DNA of 64,000 nt, taken from positions 340,504,001 to 340,568,000 of the forward strand of contig JBNRSN020000003.1 of the NCBI GenBank assembly GCA_051313645.2, given 5' to 3'. Position numbers and translations under genes: made by a program. Shown here piece after piece: positions 48,801-61,072 of this stretch (its first letter is position 1; every line of letters starts with the position of its first letter). The notes under the pieces were generated by a model that searched no databases, was not told where the DNA came from, and saw only the letters and a program-made list of their open reading frames with translations. The stretch comes from Centroscyllium fabricii (taxonomy: Eukaryota).

Positions 48801-50659
48801 TGACAGGTAGAGACATGTCCATACGCAGGGCAGAATAATCACCCTTAGGGTTGAGGCTGTCAATATATATATATATATATTAGTTAATATTGTTAAATTG
48901 TATTGATTGTTGATATTGTTAATTGTATTTAATATTGTTAATATTGTTAATTCGACGTCCATTGTAAGAGGGGAGGAGATGTGATGTATTTATAATAAGT
49001 GGTATGGTCTATGATTCCCCCCTGCTCTATGTCTGTAATGGTATAGTCCACCTGGTGCATGTAGGGATATCTCAGCACCAGTCTCTTGTATTCTTCAAGC
49101 AGTCTAATAAACAAGTCAATGCTCTGCTGGCTCCTGAGTCTTCCTTATTAGCTATTGCTAAGACTTAACACATTACAGCACTTAGAAATTGTGTGGCTTC
49201 CACCTGTGCTGCAATGGAAGCTGCGACATTGCCCATCACACGCGGCATGAGGACTGGGTCACCACTGACTCTCTGGGAGTCCACCACCCTTTGCAGACTG
49301 TAAATGATGGGCTCCATGGTGTGCAATGTTGGAGGCGGACTCCTCTATGCTCCTAACCATTGCCGAGAGACTCTCAGGGACCCTTGTCATTGCACCTATC
49401 ATCTCCATTTGCATGCCCATCACCCTTCTTCTAAAGGTCTCCCCATCAAGGTCCTCAACTGAGTCCTGTACAGCAGAACTCGCACGCGAATTTAACCTCC
49501 GGGAAACTGGCACCCAAGCTACCCTTTCCCCCTGGCCTTGCTGTAGCCCGCTCATCCCCGGTGCAAAACCCTATGCAGATCCCGTTACTCTACTAGCCTC
49601 TAAAGAATGCGTAGTGCCAGTCTCTGAGCTGGTGCCTGCGGCTGAGACATTCAGTGACGCGGTGTGTTCTTCCTCCTCTTCTCATTCCACCTCACTCTCT
49701 ATGGTGCCCTCAGGGACAGGCTGCTCAACTGCTTGCTCATTATTTGAAAGCAGAAAGGCACAAGAGTCAGGTTAAGGTGAGGGGAGGGGGGCAGGAAGGG
49801 AAAAATGTATGCATACAGCATAATTAGTTGGAAAGTGGGAAAGGCTTGTGGGGTGAGGGGGAAGTGGGATGTGAGAAGAAAGAGTAGGGATTAACATACC
49901 GTTGTTGTTGGGGTTTAATGTCACTGGTGGCCATGGCACCCACCACCTGGTGCCCAATAATCTGCAGCACTCAATTCTCCAGCGCAGACAGTGGTTGGGT
50001 GTCTGCTTGTCCCCCGACTGTGCACCCCTGCTCCCTCCTGATGTAAGCCACGTTGCCCTGCAAGAGAGAGGAAAGTGTGTGACTGAGTGTGGAGCAATGT
50101 GTTTTGGAGTTGTGCCTGCCATAATTGAATAGTTATTGTGTGAAAGGTGTGCGATGTGGGTGTGAGTGTTGGTAGATGGAGATTGTTGGTGGGTGAGTGC
50201 TGGGGGTGTGGTGCTTTGGCCAGTATGTGCAGACTGAGGTTCAGATGCTGGTATGGAGCATTTGATGAGGCATTGACTCACCCTGACCACCCGACTGAGG
50301 TCGTTAAATTTCTTCCTGCACTGTGTGAGTCCTGAGGACCACGGTGCTGCCCGACACTGACTGCGATACCTCCCTCCACTTGGCATGGATGACTTGCGGT
50401 GAGGGCCTCCTGCCACTTGTCGGGTAGAGCACCACCCTCCGTTTCTCCACAGCGAGGACCAAGGCCTCCAATGTGTGGTCACAGAATCTGCGAGCTCTCT
50501 CCCAGGACCATTGATCTGCCATATTAACACCTCCTTCAGTGGTCTGGTTCCTTCTCCTTGGCCTTCTGCTGCTTGCTGAGACAGCTGCTGAACCAGCAAT
50601 GCTGAGAATGAGGTTCTGCAGCATGATTGAATCTCCCCTTCAAGAACTGGAAAGAGCCT

Positions 50660-51063
50660 GTGGCGGCACGGTGGCCCAGTGGTTAGCACTGTTGTCTCAC
50701 GGCACTGGAGACCCGGGTTCAAATCCAGCCCCGGGTACTACCTGTGTGAAGTTTGCACATTCTCCTCGTGTCTGCGTGGGTTTCCTCCGGGTGCTCCGGT
50801 TTCCTCCCACAGTCCAAAGATGTGCAGGTTAGGTTGATTGGCCAGGATAAATTGACCCTTAGTGTTAGGGGGATTGAATATGTGGGGTTATGGGGATAGG
50901 GTGGGATGTGTGTCGATGGAGGCTCAATCGAGGGATATGGGGAGAGGGCAAGGGCGGGGTACTGGGTTTGGATGATCAGCCATGATCTGATTGAATGGCG
51001 GAGCAGGCTCGAAGGGCCGAATGGCCTACTCCTGCTCCTATCTTCTATGTTTCTATGTTTCTA
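50660..51063 (+). mobile_element. Full-length HE1-like SINE
   Basis: A box TGGCCCAGTGG, B box GGTTCAAATCC, V core and CR1 tail. Confidence 0.9.
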
Positions 51064-51563
51064 ATGATGACTAACGATTAGACTGCACCTGAAATTGCTT
51101 AGCGTTTTAAGTGTAATGCCACTGAGCTAGGTCATTAGTGTTTGGTTTAGCGCTTCAGTCCGATGACACTGAATTTTGCAAGCAGTGAGATTCATTAGCG
51201 TCTGGGGCTAAATCTCAAACTTTTCAGAAGCTAGTGCCCATTCCTGTGTGATAATGAATTTCGACCCCAAATTCCTTGATATATTTAAGAGTGGTAACGT
51301 GGTATAGTTTTATTAATATAGCTGAAAATAGGTTCATCACTAAAATAAGGATTTTTAATAGGAGTGTCTTGTTCACCATGGGCTGAATTTTCCAGGTGGT
51401 AGTGGGCGAGATCAGTGGTGGGTCGGGTGGGAAAGTATTTTTTTTTGGCTGTGGGTTAGGAACCTGTCAACCTGCCGCAACGCGCCTTTCCCAATGTCGG
51501 GCCTGTTAGTGCTGAGCAGACATGAAGGGCAGTGGCAGGTGACCCAATTCAACTAATTATAAT

Positions 51564-52559
51564 GGGCCAGTAATTAGGCTCGCAACACGTGAGTACGCAC
51601 TGGGTACTCACGCATGGGCCCATCGGAAGTGCTCGTTTCCGGCATGCACCGTGCATGCGTGCAAAACCGGCACTTCTGATTGTGGTAAACCACTGTTTGT
51701 ATATAGTTGCCTCTTGCCTGTATGTATACATGCCCGGGCATGCCTGAAGCTGACTCCGCCCCTAGCCTACCTGATATAGGCCCAAGCTCTGGGAGCCTGG
51801 CTCACTACAAGGAGTCGCCAGTCAGTTTAAGGATGTTCCAGGGTTCTTAGTGAATAAAAGCCTCAGTTTTATTCTCAACCTCGCCTCGAGTATAATTGAT
51901 CACACATCAATGATCCCCTGAAAGAAGGAGTCAGAGGTTGGAACGTGTTTGTGTGCACAGCAGCGGGTGCGCAATGCACTTACGATTTTTTCACAGCTTT
52001 TTATCCGGGTAAGTATTGGAAAAAGATACATCTGCTTTTTTCATGTGTAAGGACTGGTTTTCAGCAGGTAAGTGGTGATATAATTCAATATAAGACATTT
52101 TTTCCACAGGGTTTTCATTTTTAAATACTTTAAAGAAAGGTAAGTTGATTTTTAGCCCCATTAAATACTTTAATTATTTTTTTCTAAATTTTTAATTTTT
52201 GTTTAAATTAGCTAATTTGTGTAATTGATAGTTATTTTAAAAAATGTGATTTAAAAAAAATATATTTTAAGATTTACTGAGGTTTTGGGGTTGTTGTATT
52301 CATAAGTTTGACAGGTCTTCCTGTCAAACTTATGAATGGAGCATTCTGTGCTCCGATTGGCTCTCCACGGCCCACGTGATCCCGCGCGATGTCTCGCTCT
52401 AACTACGCTGTTCAAATCTAGGAGCACAGAGCGCCAGCAGTTCAGGAGAGCCCAACATCGGGATTTCATACGGGGGCAGTGCTCAACGGGCGGCGCGGCC
52501 CGTATGTGTGGGCTGGAGGCTTGCACTTGTGGGAAGTCTCCAACCCGAATTTCTGGGCC
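51564..52559. mobile_element. MITE (GGGCCAG/GGCCCAG TIR family) containing a solo LTR
   Basis: Imperfect TIR GGGCCAGTAATT / AATTTCTGGGCC, flanked by AAT on both sides. Confidence 0.7.
51681..51909 (+). mobile_element. Solo LTR (229 bp), probably of the A-E lineage
   Basis: TGTGGTAA..CATCA termini; TSD CTGAT/ATGAT; AATAAAAGCC and terminal ATTGAT..ATCA as in A-E. Confidence 0.75.
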
Positions 52560-53627
52560 AATGTACTTACCAGACCCTCAACAGGCTTTTTTTAGTCTTA
52601 CTTTTTAACTTTAACTTCATGGCCACAGAAACCATGCTGTTTGGTGACCACATCTGTCAACCTGGGGCAGGAGTTCAGTGGCCATTGTGCCAGCTGATTC
52701 CTTGACAGCTTCAAATGTACAGTAAAAGCTCCCACCAGCGTTCACATTCCTCAGTCACAAGCTGTTCCTCACTGCATTTCCACAACAGGTTCTGCAGGCT
52801 GCAAGTCTTTCCACAAAGTCTCCATCCAGTCATATCTCATTACCTCTCTCACCATTGACAGATCGCTTCTGTCATCTCTATTTCATCTGCCATCCATTCC
52901 ATCAGCATGGGTGCCGTTTATAGTCTCTCACCTTGGTCCTCAAAATCTGACCATGATGAGCCCCAAAATCAGCAGCACCAGGCCAACAACACCAACATTC
53001 TCTGCAATCACCCGATGCTGCACAGGACACAGGGTGTCAGCACCCGCGCGCATTGCTGCCCAGGAGGCCAGGGATGGCTAAATCATGACCAGATTTACTT
53101 AACTTTATGCTGTACACCCTGGCTGCCACATGATGTGCCAGGTTGACACCGCCCCACAGCATCACCATAAAGCATTCCTACAATGACTGAGCCATTCCTT
53201 TCACGCTCAGCACCATTCCGGAGGTACCGTTATGTCTCACTATTCACTGCAACTCACTAAGCCTTTTCCAAAGGTGTCCATAAATCTGCCCAATAATTTA
53301 AAGTGTTGAAAATAAAGATTTCAGTGTTTGACAGCACATTATTAGAAACTTTACATAAACATTGGATAAAATACCTAAGTGGCTACCCTTGTGTGTTGTT
53401 AGTTGGTCTGATTGGACCAAGATGAGGGTGAGTCTGAGGGGTGGCTCGTAAGATGCGGATGTGATAATGTAGATAGAGAGAGAGGGATGGGTGGAGGTGC
53501 TAGGTAAGTTGATGTGAGTAAGGATATGCAGGAGTAGGGTGGGGAAGGCAGAGTATTGGGGATGTGATGAGAAGCACAGCAGGATAAGGTTGAGTGTGGC
53601 TTTGTACAAATGTTTTGTGATCTAATG

Positions 53628-54003
53628 AGGACAACATGGTGGTGCAGTGGTTAGCACTGCTGCCTCGCAATAAGGAGCTCCTGGGTTCGAATCCTGCTTG
53701 GCCCGGGTCCTCTCTGCGTGGAGTTTGCATGTTCTCCCCGTGTTTGTGTGGGCTTCCTCTGGGTACTCCGGTTTCCTCCCACCACCCAAAGACATGCAGG
53801 TTAGGTCAATTGGAGATACTAAAAATTGCCCATGAGTATGTGTGTGAGATATAGCTCTAAGAGTTGGGGGTGTCAGGGGATATGGGGAGAGGGTAGGAGC
53901 GGGGTGCTGGGTTTGGATGATCAGCCATGATCTCATTGAATGGCGGAGCAGGCTCGAAGGGCCGAATGGCCTACTCCTGCTCCTATCTTCTGTGTTTCTG
54001 TGT
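53628..54003 (+). mobile_element. V-SINE (HE1-related subfamily)
   Basis: tRNA head (TGGTGCAGTGG, GGTTCGAATCC), V core and CR1-like tail. Confidence 0.85.
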
Positions 54004-54170
54004 TTGCACCACTGCACTGAGGTCCTCCTGACTACATCCCTGCTTGTGACCTCCTCTGCAATGTGCAACCAGGCTGTCTTGTTCTCCTCGGGAAGTCGCT
54101 TCCGCCCATCGGAAGAGAAGAGGACGTCCCTGCATGCTGTGACACCCTCTATCAGCATATAAGAGGTGCA
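54004..54170 (-). pseudogene. Harbinger Myb/SANT exon fragment
   Basis: LIEGVTACRDVLF..KTAWLHIAEEVTS...RRTSVQWCK. Confidence 0.75.
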
Positions 54171-54229
54171 AATGACCCAATTTTTTTTCCCCACCCCCAT
54201 CTTCCACACCACTCTTTGAGCCATGCATT

Positions 54230-54715
54230 CAACTCTCTGATCTGCTTGATCCTATGCCAATTTGTGCGTGGCTCCATAGTATCTTTGAGATTCTGCTTAT
54301 TAATTTGGACCCGAGCTGCTGAAAACCCCTCAGCAGAACCTCATTCCTAGTTCGACCTATTGTCATTGGTTCCGACATGAACCACGATAACTGGATCCTC
54401 CCCCCCATGGTCCAAGTTCTTTTCCAGCTACGAGGAGTTACCTTAAGAGACAACACATCCTTCGGGACTCCCAGTTCCGACTGCAGAGAATAGTATCTAT
54501 CCCCCTGATTATACTATCTCCTACCACTATCGTATTCTGTTTTATTCACCCCACTTGAATAGCCTCCTGTAGCATGGTGCTGTGGTAAAATTGCCCATCC
54601 TTCCTGCAGTCTTTGTTCTCATCCATACAGGTAGTAAGTACCTCGTAGCTGTTGGGCAAGGTTAAGGCTGAGGCTCCTCCATTACTGCATCCTGGGTCCC
54701 CATACCTGCTTGACT
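54230..54715 (-). mobile_element. Probable CR1 ORF1 fragment
   Basis: Minus-strand LTLPNSYEVL..CMDE and resemblance to the CR1 ORF1 esterase region. Assigned by pattern recognition only. Confidence 0.45.
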
Positions 54716-55001
54716 TGCGCATCAGCATCCGGAGCAATCTGCTCAAGCACAGATTGCTGGCCTGCTGTGGTGTTGTGAGAGCCCCGGGGCAATGTGGCCG
54801 AACCAGCGATGATGGCAGCAGACAGTGCTTGCGTTACATCAATCTGAGACTGCATGAGAACAGTCTGAGACTGGATCACAGCAGCCAGTGACTAAATTGC
54901 AGCACTTAGCAGTTGCATGGCATCCACCTGTGCTGCAGCAGAGAGCTCCACACTCTTTGCCAGTCCATCAATGCTTTCGGGCACCCATCCCATTGCACCC
55001 A

Positions 55002-55291
55002 TGACGTATCGTCAATAATCTCAATGAAACTAAAGACGAGTAGTGACCTTAACTAGAGGCTTTTATTGACTTACAACGGAGATATACTCCGAACGAACAA
55101 CAGGTACAGAATGAACGGGGTCTGGTCAGTCCCCACCTATAAGGGCCTCACCTGAGGGAGGAGTTAGAGGTGTGGCTGACCTGGCCCCACGACAGTGTCG
55201 CAACACATCATGCACCCGACCGCGATACATACTGATAATATTGGCAACAATATTACGGTGGTAATTGCAGTATATATATATGGTTACCACA
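55002..55291 (-). mobile_element. Solo LTR (290 bp) of the A/B/C family
   Basis: TGACGTATCGTCAAT..GGTTACCACA, homologous to the LTRs of A and C; perfect TSD ACCCA. Confidence 0.93.
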
Positions 55292-56565
55292 ACCCATGAG
55301 CTGAGTGTGTATGTCCAAGGCCCGGGTGTTCATTTCCACGATGAGCCGCTCCTCCTCTGCGTCCAGTGCAGCAGGACTCGCTGGCCTACTCGCCCTCCGG
55401 GGACAATGTCCCCGAGCTTCCCTACCCCCATCACGTTGCTGCAGTTCACTGGGTCCCAGACCTTTGTCCTCATCAGACCCTTCCCCCCGCTCCCCTCCAG
55501 GGAAGGCATTGTCCCAGTTTGAGCATGGGCTCCCTCGGGAGACACTGGCAATGAGGCTCCGGCTTCCTCTTCCTCCTCGCCTGGGGCGTCGCTGCCACTG
55601 GCAGGTTGAGGGACAGACTGGTCAGCTGGTGGTTCACCGTCTGAAAGCAGGAAGGTACAAGAGTGGCATTAGCGTCAGGACACGGAGGCAGTAAGGAAGG
55701 AAGGTGTGGAGACATTTAGTAAGTTAGATTGAAAGTGTAAAAGGCTGGTGTTGTGAAGGACAAGTGGAATAATAGAGGAGAGAAAGCTGATGAACATAAC
55801 ATTGCTGTCCCCAAGGGGGTCGACCTCTCCAGTGGCCATGGCACCTATCACCTGGCTGGCAATGATCCTGTGGATGCACGTCTCCAAATTGCTGAGGGTC
55901 TGCAGCTCAGCTGGTCCTCCACCCATCCATTGTTGCCAGCGCCTGTTGTGAGATAGCGTTGCCTGCAAGAAAAAGGACGGCGTCTGAGTGAATGTGCAGC
56001 CATGTGCTTGCCTGACATGCATCCCATAGTTGAATAGCCCTTAATGTATGCAGCCATGTCTTCTTCTTCTTAGGCAGTCCCTCAGAACCGAGGATAACTT
56101 GCTTCCACACTAAAAATGAGTTCTCAGGTGACTGATGAGTCCAATGTGGGACCTACAGTCTCTGTCACGGGTGGGGCAGAGGGTGGATGAGGGGCCGGGT
56201 GGGTGGGGTGCTTGGGTTGACATGCCGTCTTTCTGCTGTTTGTGCTTGGCTTCTGCTTGCTCCTGGTGAAGAGACTCGAGGTGTTCGGCGCCTTCCCGGA
56301 TGCTTCTCCTCAACTTTGTGCGGTCTTGGGCCAGGGATTCCCAGGTGCCGGTGGGGATGTTGCACTTTTTCAAGGAGACTTTGAGAGTCTCCTTGAAGTG
56401 TTTCCTCTGCCCACTTGGGGTTCTCTTGCCGTGTCGGAGCTCCGAGTACAGCATTTGTTTTGGGAGTCTCGTATCTGGCATGCAGACGATGTGGCCCGTC
56501 CATCGGGGCTGATCGAGCGAGGTCAAAGCTTCGATGCTGGGGATGTTGGCCTAAATGAGAACACT

Positions 56566-57176
56566 GGCATAGAATATAAGAGCAGGGAGGTTATGATGGA
56601 GCTATACAAAATGCTGGCAAGGCCACAGCTGGAGTACTGTGTGCAGTTCTGGTCGCCACACTATAGGAAGGATGTGATTGCTTTCGAGAGGGTATACAGG
56701 AGATTCACCAGGATGTTACCTGGGCTGGAGCGCTTCAGCCATGAAGAAAGGCTGGACAGGCTGGGGTTGTTTTCCTTGGAGCAGAGAAGGCTGAGGGGGG
56801 ACCTGATTGAGGTGTACAAAATTTTGAGGGGCATAGATAGGGTAGATAGAAATGTACTTTTTCCCTTAGTAGAGGGGTCAATAACAAGGGGGCATAGTTT
56901 CAAGGTAAGGGGTCGGAGGTTTAGAGGGGATTTGAGGAAGAACTTTTTCACCCAGAGGCTGGTTGGAATCTGGAACTCACTGCCTGAAAGGGTGGTGGAG
57001 GCAGGAACCCTCACAACATTCAAGAAGCATTTAGATGAGCACTTGAAATGCCAAAGCATACAAGGCTACGGACCAAGTGCTGGAAAATGGGATTAGAATA
57101 GACAAGGCTTGATGGCCGGTGTGGACGTGATGGGCTGAAGGGCCTCTTTCTGTGCTGTATACCTCTATGATTCTAT
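56566..57176 (+). mobile_element. CR1 LINE 3' fragment
   Basis: GIEYKSREVM..RPQLEYCVQFWSPHY..LRGDLIEVYKI..FFTQR..WNSLP, then a (CTATGATT) tail. Confidence 0.92.
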
Positions 57177-58407
57177 GGGCGAAAGATTTGTCAGCACACG
57201 GATTGGGAGCTAAATTTGGTGATGTGCTAAAATTTAGTGCCGGCGCAAAATTAGCGCCGACGTGGCTGGTATTGGCGCTAGTGGTGGCCTTGATGATTTT
57301 GGCGCGAATTCACGCCTTGCACGTCTTCCAGGCGGCTAACATACTGCCGCTAATGGCCGTTGCCAGGCGCAGCGCTCCCTCACTAACTGCTTGCTTCCCC
57401 ATGATCTCTGCAGCTGATGAGGCCTTAAAGGGGAAGCAGAGCAGCAGCTGTCTCCGTGCTCTCTGATAAGTTGCCGCTGGGGGGTCACCCGACCCCCTCT
57501 CGGTGGGTGTTACACTGGAAAGCTGAGGGGGCTCTGACTTGCTGTAGATAAATTCAGGAAGAATGAACATGAAACACAGCGTGATTCCTCACAGAAGACC
57601 ACAGATTCAGTGGCCTCTCCTTCATTGATCAGCGTGAAGAGAATTTGAGAATGTGATTCCTCACAGAAGACCGCAGATTCGGGGGTCGGCTCTCTGATCA
57701 GTTGCCTCTCAGTGGGTCACCCAACCCCCCCAAGAGGGGGGTCAGGTGACCCACCGAGCGGCAACTGATCAGAGAGCCAGCCCCCGAATCTGCGGTCTTC
57801 TGTGAGGAATCACATTCTCAAATTCTCTTCACGCTGATCAATGAAGGAGAGGCCCCCGAATCTGCGGTCTTCTGTGAGGAATCACGCTGTGTTCTGTGTT
57901 CATTCTTCCTGAATTTATCTACAGCAAGTCAGAGCCCCCTCAGCTTTCAAGTGTAACACCCCCCGATCGGGGGGTCGGGCGACCCCCCAGTGGCAACTGA
58001 TCAGAGAGCCTGGCCCCCCTCCCCGCTCTCTCATCAATTGGCCACTCAGGCCAACTCCCCCCATCAGCTGGCCACGCTCGGACCGAAGAGGGAGGGTGGC
58101 CCTTTGAGCAGCGCTGCAGCGGTCACTGAAACCCGTTGCAGCGCTTGCAAAAGCTGGCACTGATAGCGCGGGGGGCGGTGGAAAGGCGCTAAGCCCAATA
58201 TTGGGTGCAACCCGCCGGCGGGCGGTGCACACGCATTGCCATGATGATTGTTGATCGCCAGGTGGGGCAGCGCTAACGTTTAGCACCGGCTCTAACCACT
58301 AGGCCAATTTAGCGCCTGGCACTAATTTGTGCGCTACGTTGGCACTGCCCCATTAGCGCTGATTTTCGACGCTAATGGGAGGGCGCTAAGGCACCAATTT
58401 TTTACCC
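57177..58407. mobile_element. MITE with a ~550-bp central palindrome
   Basis: Imperfect TIR GGGCGAAAGATTTG / CCAATTTTTTACCC; TAT on both flanks; inserted in the CR1 tail. Confidence 0.75.
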
Positions 58408-60095
58408 TATGTCTCTAGGTGTGCCAATCCTGCCAATGGATTTGCAGGATCTTGCAGAGGCAGCATTGGTGGTACCTCTCCAGTGCTTTGAGGTGCCTGC
58501 TGTACATGGTCCATGCCTCTGAAGCACACAGAAGGGCAGGTAATACTACTGCTCTGTAGACCATGAGCTCGGTGCTGGGTTTGAGATCCTGGTCTTCAAA
58601 CACTCTCTTCCTCAGGCGCCCAAAGGCTGCACTGGCACACTGAAGGCAGTGTTGGACTTCGTTATCGACATCTGCCCTTGTAGAAAGTTGGCTCCCAAGG
58701 TATGGAAAGTGGTCCACGTTGCCAAGACCTCGTCATGGATTTTGATAATCAGGGCGCAGTACTGTGTGATGGGGGCAGGTTGGTAGAGGACCTTTGTCTC
58801 ATGGATGTTTAGTGTAAGCTCTCGTACGCTTCGGTGAAGGTGTTGACGATGGTTTGGAGTTCAACCTCAGAATGTGTGCAGACGCAAGTGTCGTCTGCAT
58901 ACTGGAATTCAATGACAGAGGATGGGATGACCTTAGATCTGGACTGGAAGCGATGGAGGTTGAACAGTTTACCATTTGCTTTGTAGATTAGCTCCACACC
59001 AGCGGGGAGCTTACTGGCAGACATGTGCTTGACTGATGTGCCTCCCATAGTTAAATAACCCTTAATGTATGCAAGGTGTGGAATGTGCGTGTTTGTGTTA
59101 TGTGATGGCCATAGGTCCTGGATGAGTGTTGGGCATTTGGGGTTTTTAAATCCTCTGGGCACAGAGTGAGGTTGAGATGGAGGGATGTAGAGGTATTGAA
59201 AAGCAGCCACTCACCATGACCACCCAAGTGAGGTCACTGAACTTCTTCTGACCTTGGGTGTGGGTCCTGGGCACCATGCCCCTGGAGGAGATGTGCTAAG
59301 CCACCTCCCTCCACACTTTCTATAATCGTGTGGCAATGACCTCCTGCCACTCTATAGGTAGAGAACTGACCTTCGGCGCTCCACTGCGCCAACCAGAGCC
59401 ACCAAGGCCCGGTCGCTGAATCGCTGAGCTCGTTCCCTGGGCCTCTCCATTCTTCTTTGCAGCAGAATTCATGTTCAGGTCTGTCCAGGCCGAGATTCAA
59501 GGCTGCAATGAGCAGGGTGTGGCTGGAGAGCAAGATCGACCCTCCCCTTTTAAGAATTAGCCGGCGCCAGTGTGTCTGTGTTCCATTGCTAACTGACATC
59601 ATCTGAGCTTTGCCAGTGCTCTGAGTTAACCCCTTACGAGAGGTGTGTAGCATTTGATTTTGTGCTCCAATCACCTCATGGCGCCATAGATGCCAAGTTT
59701 GTAGTTGGAGGCGATAATAAGCGGCAGGTGCTAAATTTTGCGCCCGGCCAATAATTGCGCCCCAAACGGGACGATAACGAATTTCTCCCCCCCCAATGTC
59801 ATCACAAACCATACAAACTATTAGGTGCCAGTTATATACAACTACAATCGGATAATAGGTCACATTTACAGTCAAGATTCAGTGATTCAAACACACCTTT
59901 ATAGAGGGATTCAATCCTGACCAATTCTTGTCAACAGAGTTATTTGACATCATTTCTAATTATGCAGTAATTTACGTAATCTAGATATAACAGAGACTTT
60001 AAAGTGAATTTGTGGCATGCTCTAAGTTATTCTAAGAGCCTGTTCCATGCTCTTTAGTGGACAAATGGCCCTGTAAGAAAACCAATTTTATTAAT

Positions 60096-60846
60096 GGCCC
60101 AGAAATTCCCCTCATCGCATAGCGGGTTTAAGCACTGCGAACGCACCAGAGCTTAAAGCCGCAGGAAGGAGCCGGTGCGCACGCTCCAGGACTTCCTGTG
60201 CCGCCCAGCGGGGGGGTCAGTGCTCCCTGCGAGGTGTCCATCACAGGAAGCATCACACTACAGGACCGCCCAGACATCCCGATGTTTAAAAAAAAAAATT
60301 CAGCGGACCAAGAGAAGAGAAATCAACGCTGGAAAAAAGCAGTCGTTAACACCCGTTTTCATCTGGTAAGTGTATATTTTATTGATTTTAATTGTTGTTT
60401 TTTCAGGTTTTTAATTGTTGATAACTTTAAAGACAGGTAAGTATTTTTTTAGACCTGTTTGAAGTTAAAAAAAAATTCTGCAAATTTTATTTTTTTCTTT
60501 AAAATAGGTTATTTTTGTTAGTTGGGGTAATGTTTAAAAAATGTGGTGTTTGTAAAATTTTATTTTTGTGTTTAGGCGTCTTTTGAGATTCTCCCTTTTC
60601 AATACTCGCAGATTTCTCTGTGGAAGTTTTGAACGGAGAATTGCTTCCACTGATTGGCTCCCTGCCAATCAGCTGGTCTCAAAAGCCACTTCGCACTAAT
60701 TACGCCCTTCAGAACTCGCACGGAGCACTGACAGACAGGGCTAATGGGAATTTCTCAGTGCAAAAAATCTAAAGTGAATATGGGCAATTAAAGTGCATTA
60801 AGCAGCTCTGCACCCGCATGAAAGGCTCCACTGCAATTTCTGGGCC
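60096..60846. mobile_element. MITE (GGCCCAGAAATT TIR family)
   Basis: 12-bp TIR GGCCCAGAAATT / AATTTCTGGGCC, flanked by AAT and ATT. Confidence 0.8.
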
Positions 60847-60964
60847 ATTGTCTTTCACTTCATCACAAATATAAGATACATTAATGTACCTGCTCTGATT
60901 AGCAGAGAACATCAGCTGCAGATGCAGTTATTGAACAGGACTGAAGTTAACAAATATTGTTCTT

Positions 60965-61072
60965 TTACATTTCAACAGTGACTCCACTTTAGAAGTTCTT
61001 CATTGGCTGTAAAGCGCTTTGAGATGTCAAGTGGTCGTGAAAGGCGCTATATAAATGCAAGTCTTTCTTTCC
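60965..61072 (+). mobile_element. DeuSINE/SacSINE-like 3' tail
   Basis: CATTGGCTGTAAAGCGCTTTGAGATG..GTGAAAGGCGCTATATAAATGCAAGT followed by (CTTT)n. Confidence 0.65.

Larger units (their letters stand above)
44286..49170 (+). mobile_element. Ty3/Gypsy element G (Mag-like), with most of RT/RNase H deleted
   Basis: 191-bp LTRs at 44286-44476 and 48980-49170; perfect TSD CATTA; PBS TGGGGACGAGG (near tRNA-Ser complement TGGCGACGAGG); double Zn-knuckle Gag; the RT start is fused to integrase at about 46700; PPT AAGAGGGGAGGAGA. Confidence 0.93.
43790..50525 (-). pseudogene. Multi-exon Harbinger Myb/SANT gene interrupted by element G
   Basis: Exon 1 at about 50280-50522 (RARRFCDHTLEALV..WREVSQSV..QCRKKFNDL) followed by a GTGAGT donor; downstream coding-like segments at 49176-49730 and 43800-44280. 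Confidence 0.7.
56059..59014 (-). mobile_element. RTE-clade LINE, 5'-truncated, interrupted by CR1 and a MITE
   Basis: QYADD, FPYLGS..ASAAFGRLRKRVF..YRAVVLPALL, RWTGHIVCMPDTRLPKQMLYSEL; (AAG)n 3' tail at 56059-56071. Confidence 0.88.
54720..59790 (-). mobile_element. Harbinger-type remnant (Myb/SANT gene and terminus) interrupted by a solo LTR and an RTE/CR1/MITE stack
   Basis: Myb exon at about 59210-59450 (RERAQRFSD..KKFSDL, GTGAGT donor); exon 2 at about 55800-55960 (HNRRWQQWMGGGPAELQTLSNLE); terminus GAATTTCTCCCC near 59790. Confidence 0.65.

Noticed and set aside
48860-48955. AT-rich (ATTGTT/ATAT)n block as a separate element
   Set aside because: Low-complexity 3'UTR of element G, just before its PPT.
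56242-57096. 284-aa ORF as a host gene
   Set aside because: Antisense RTE sequence fused by chance in frame to a CR1 ORF2 C-terminus.
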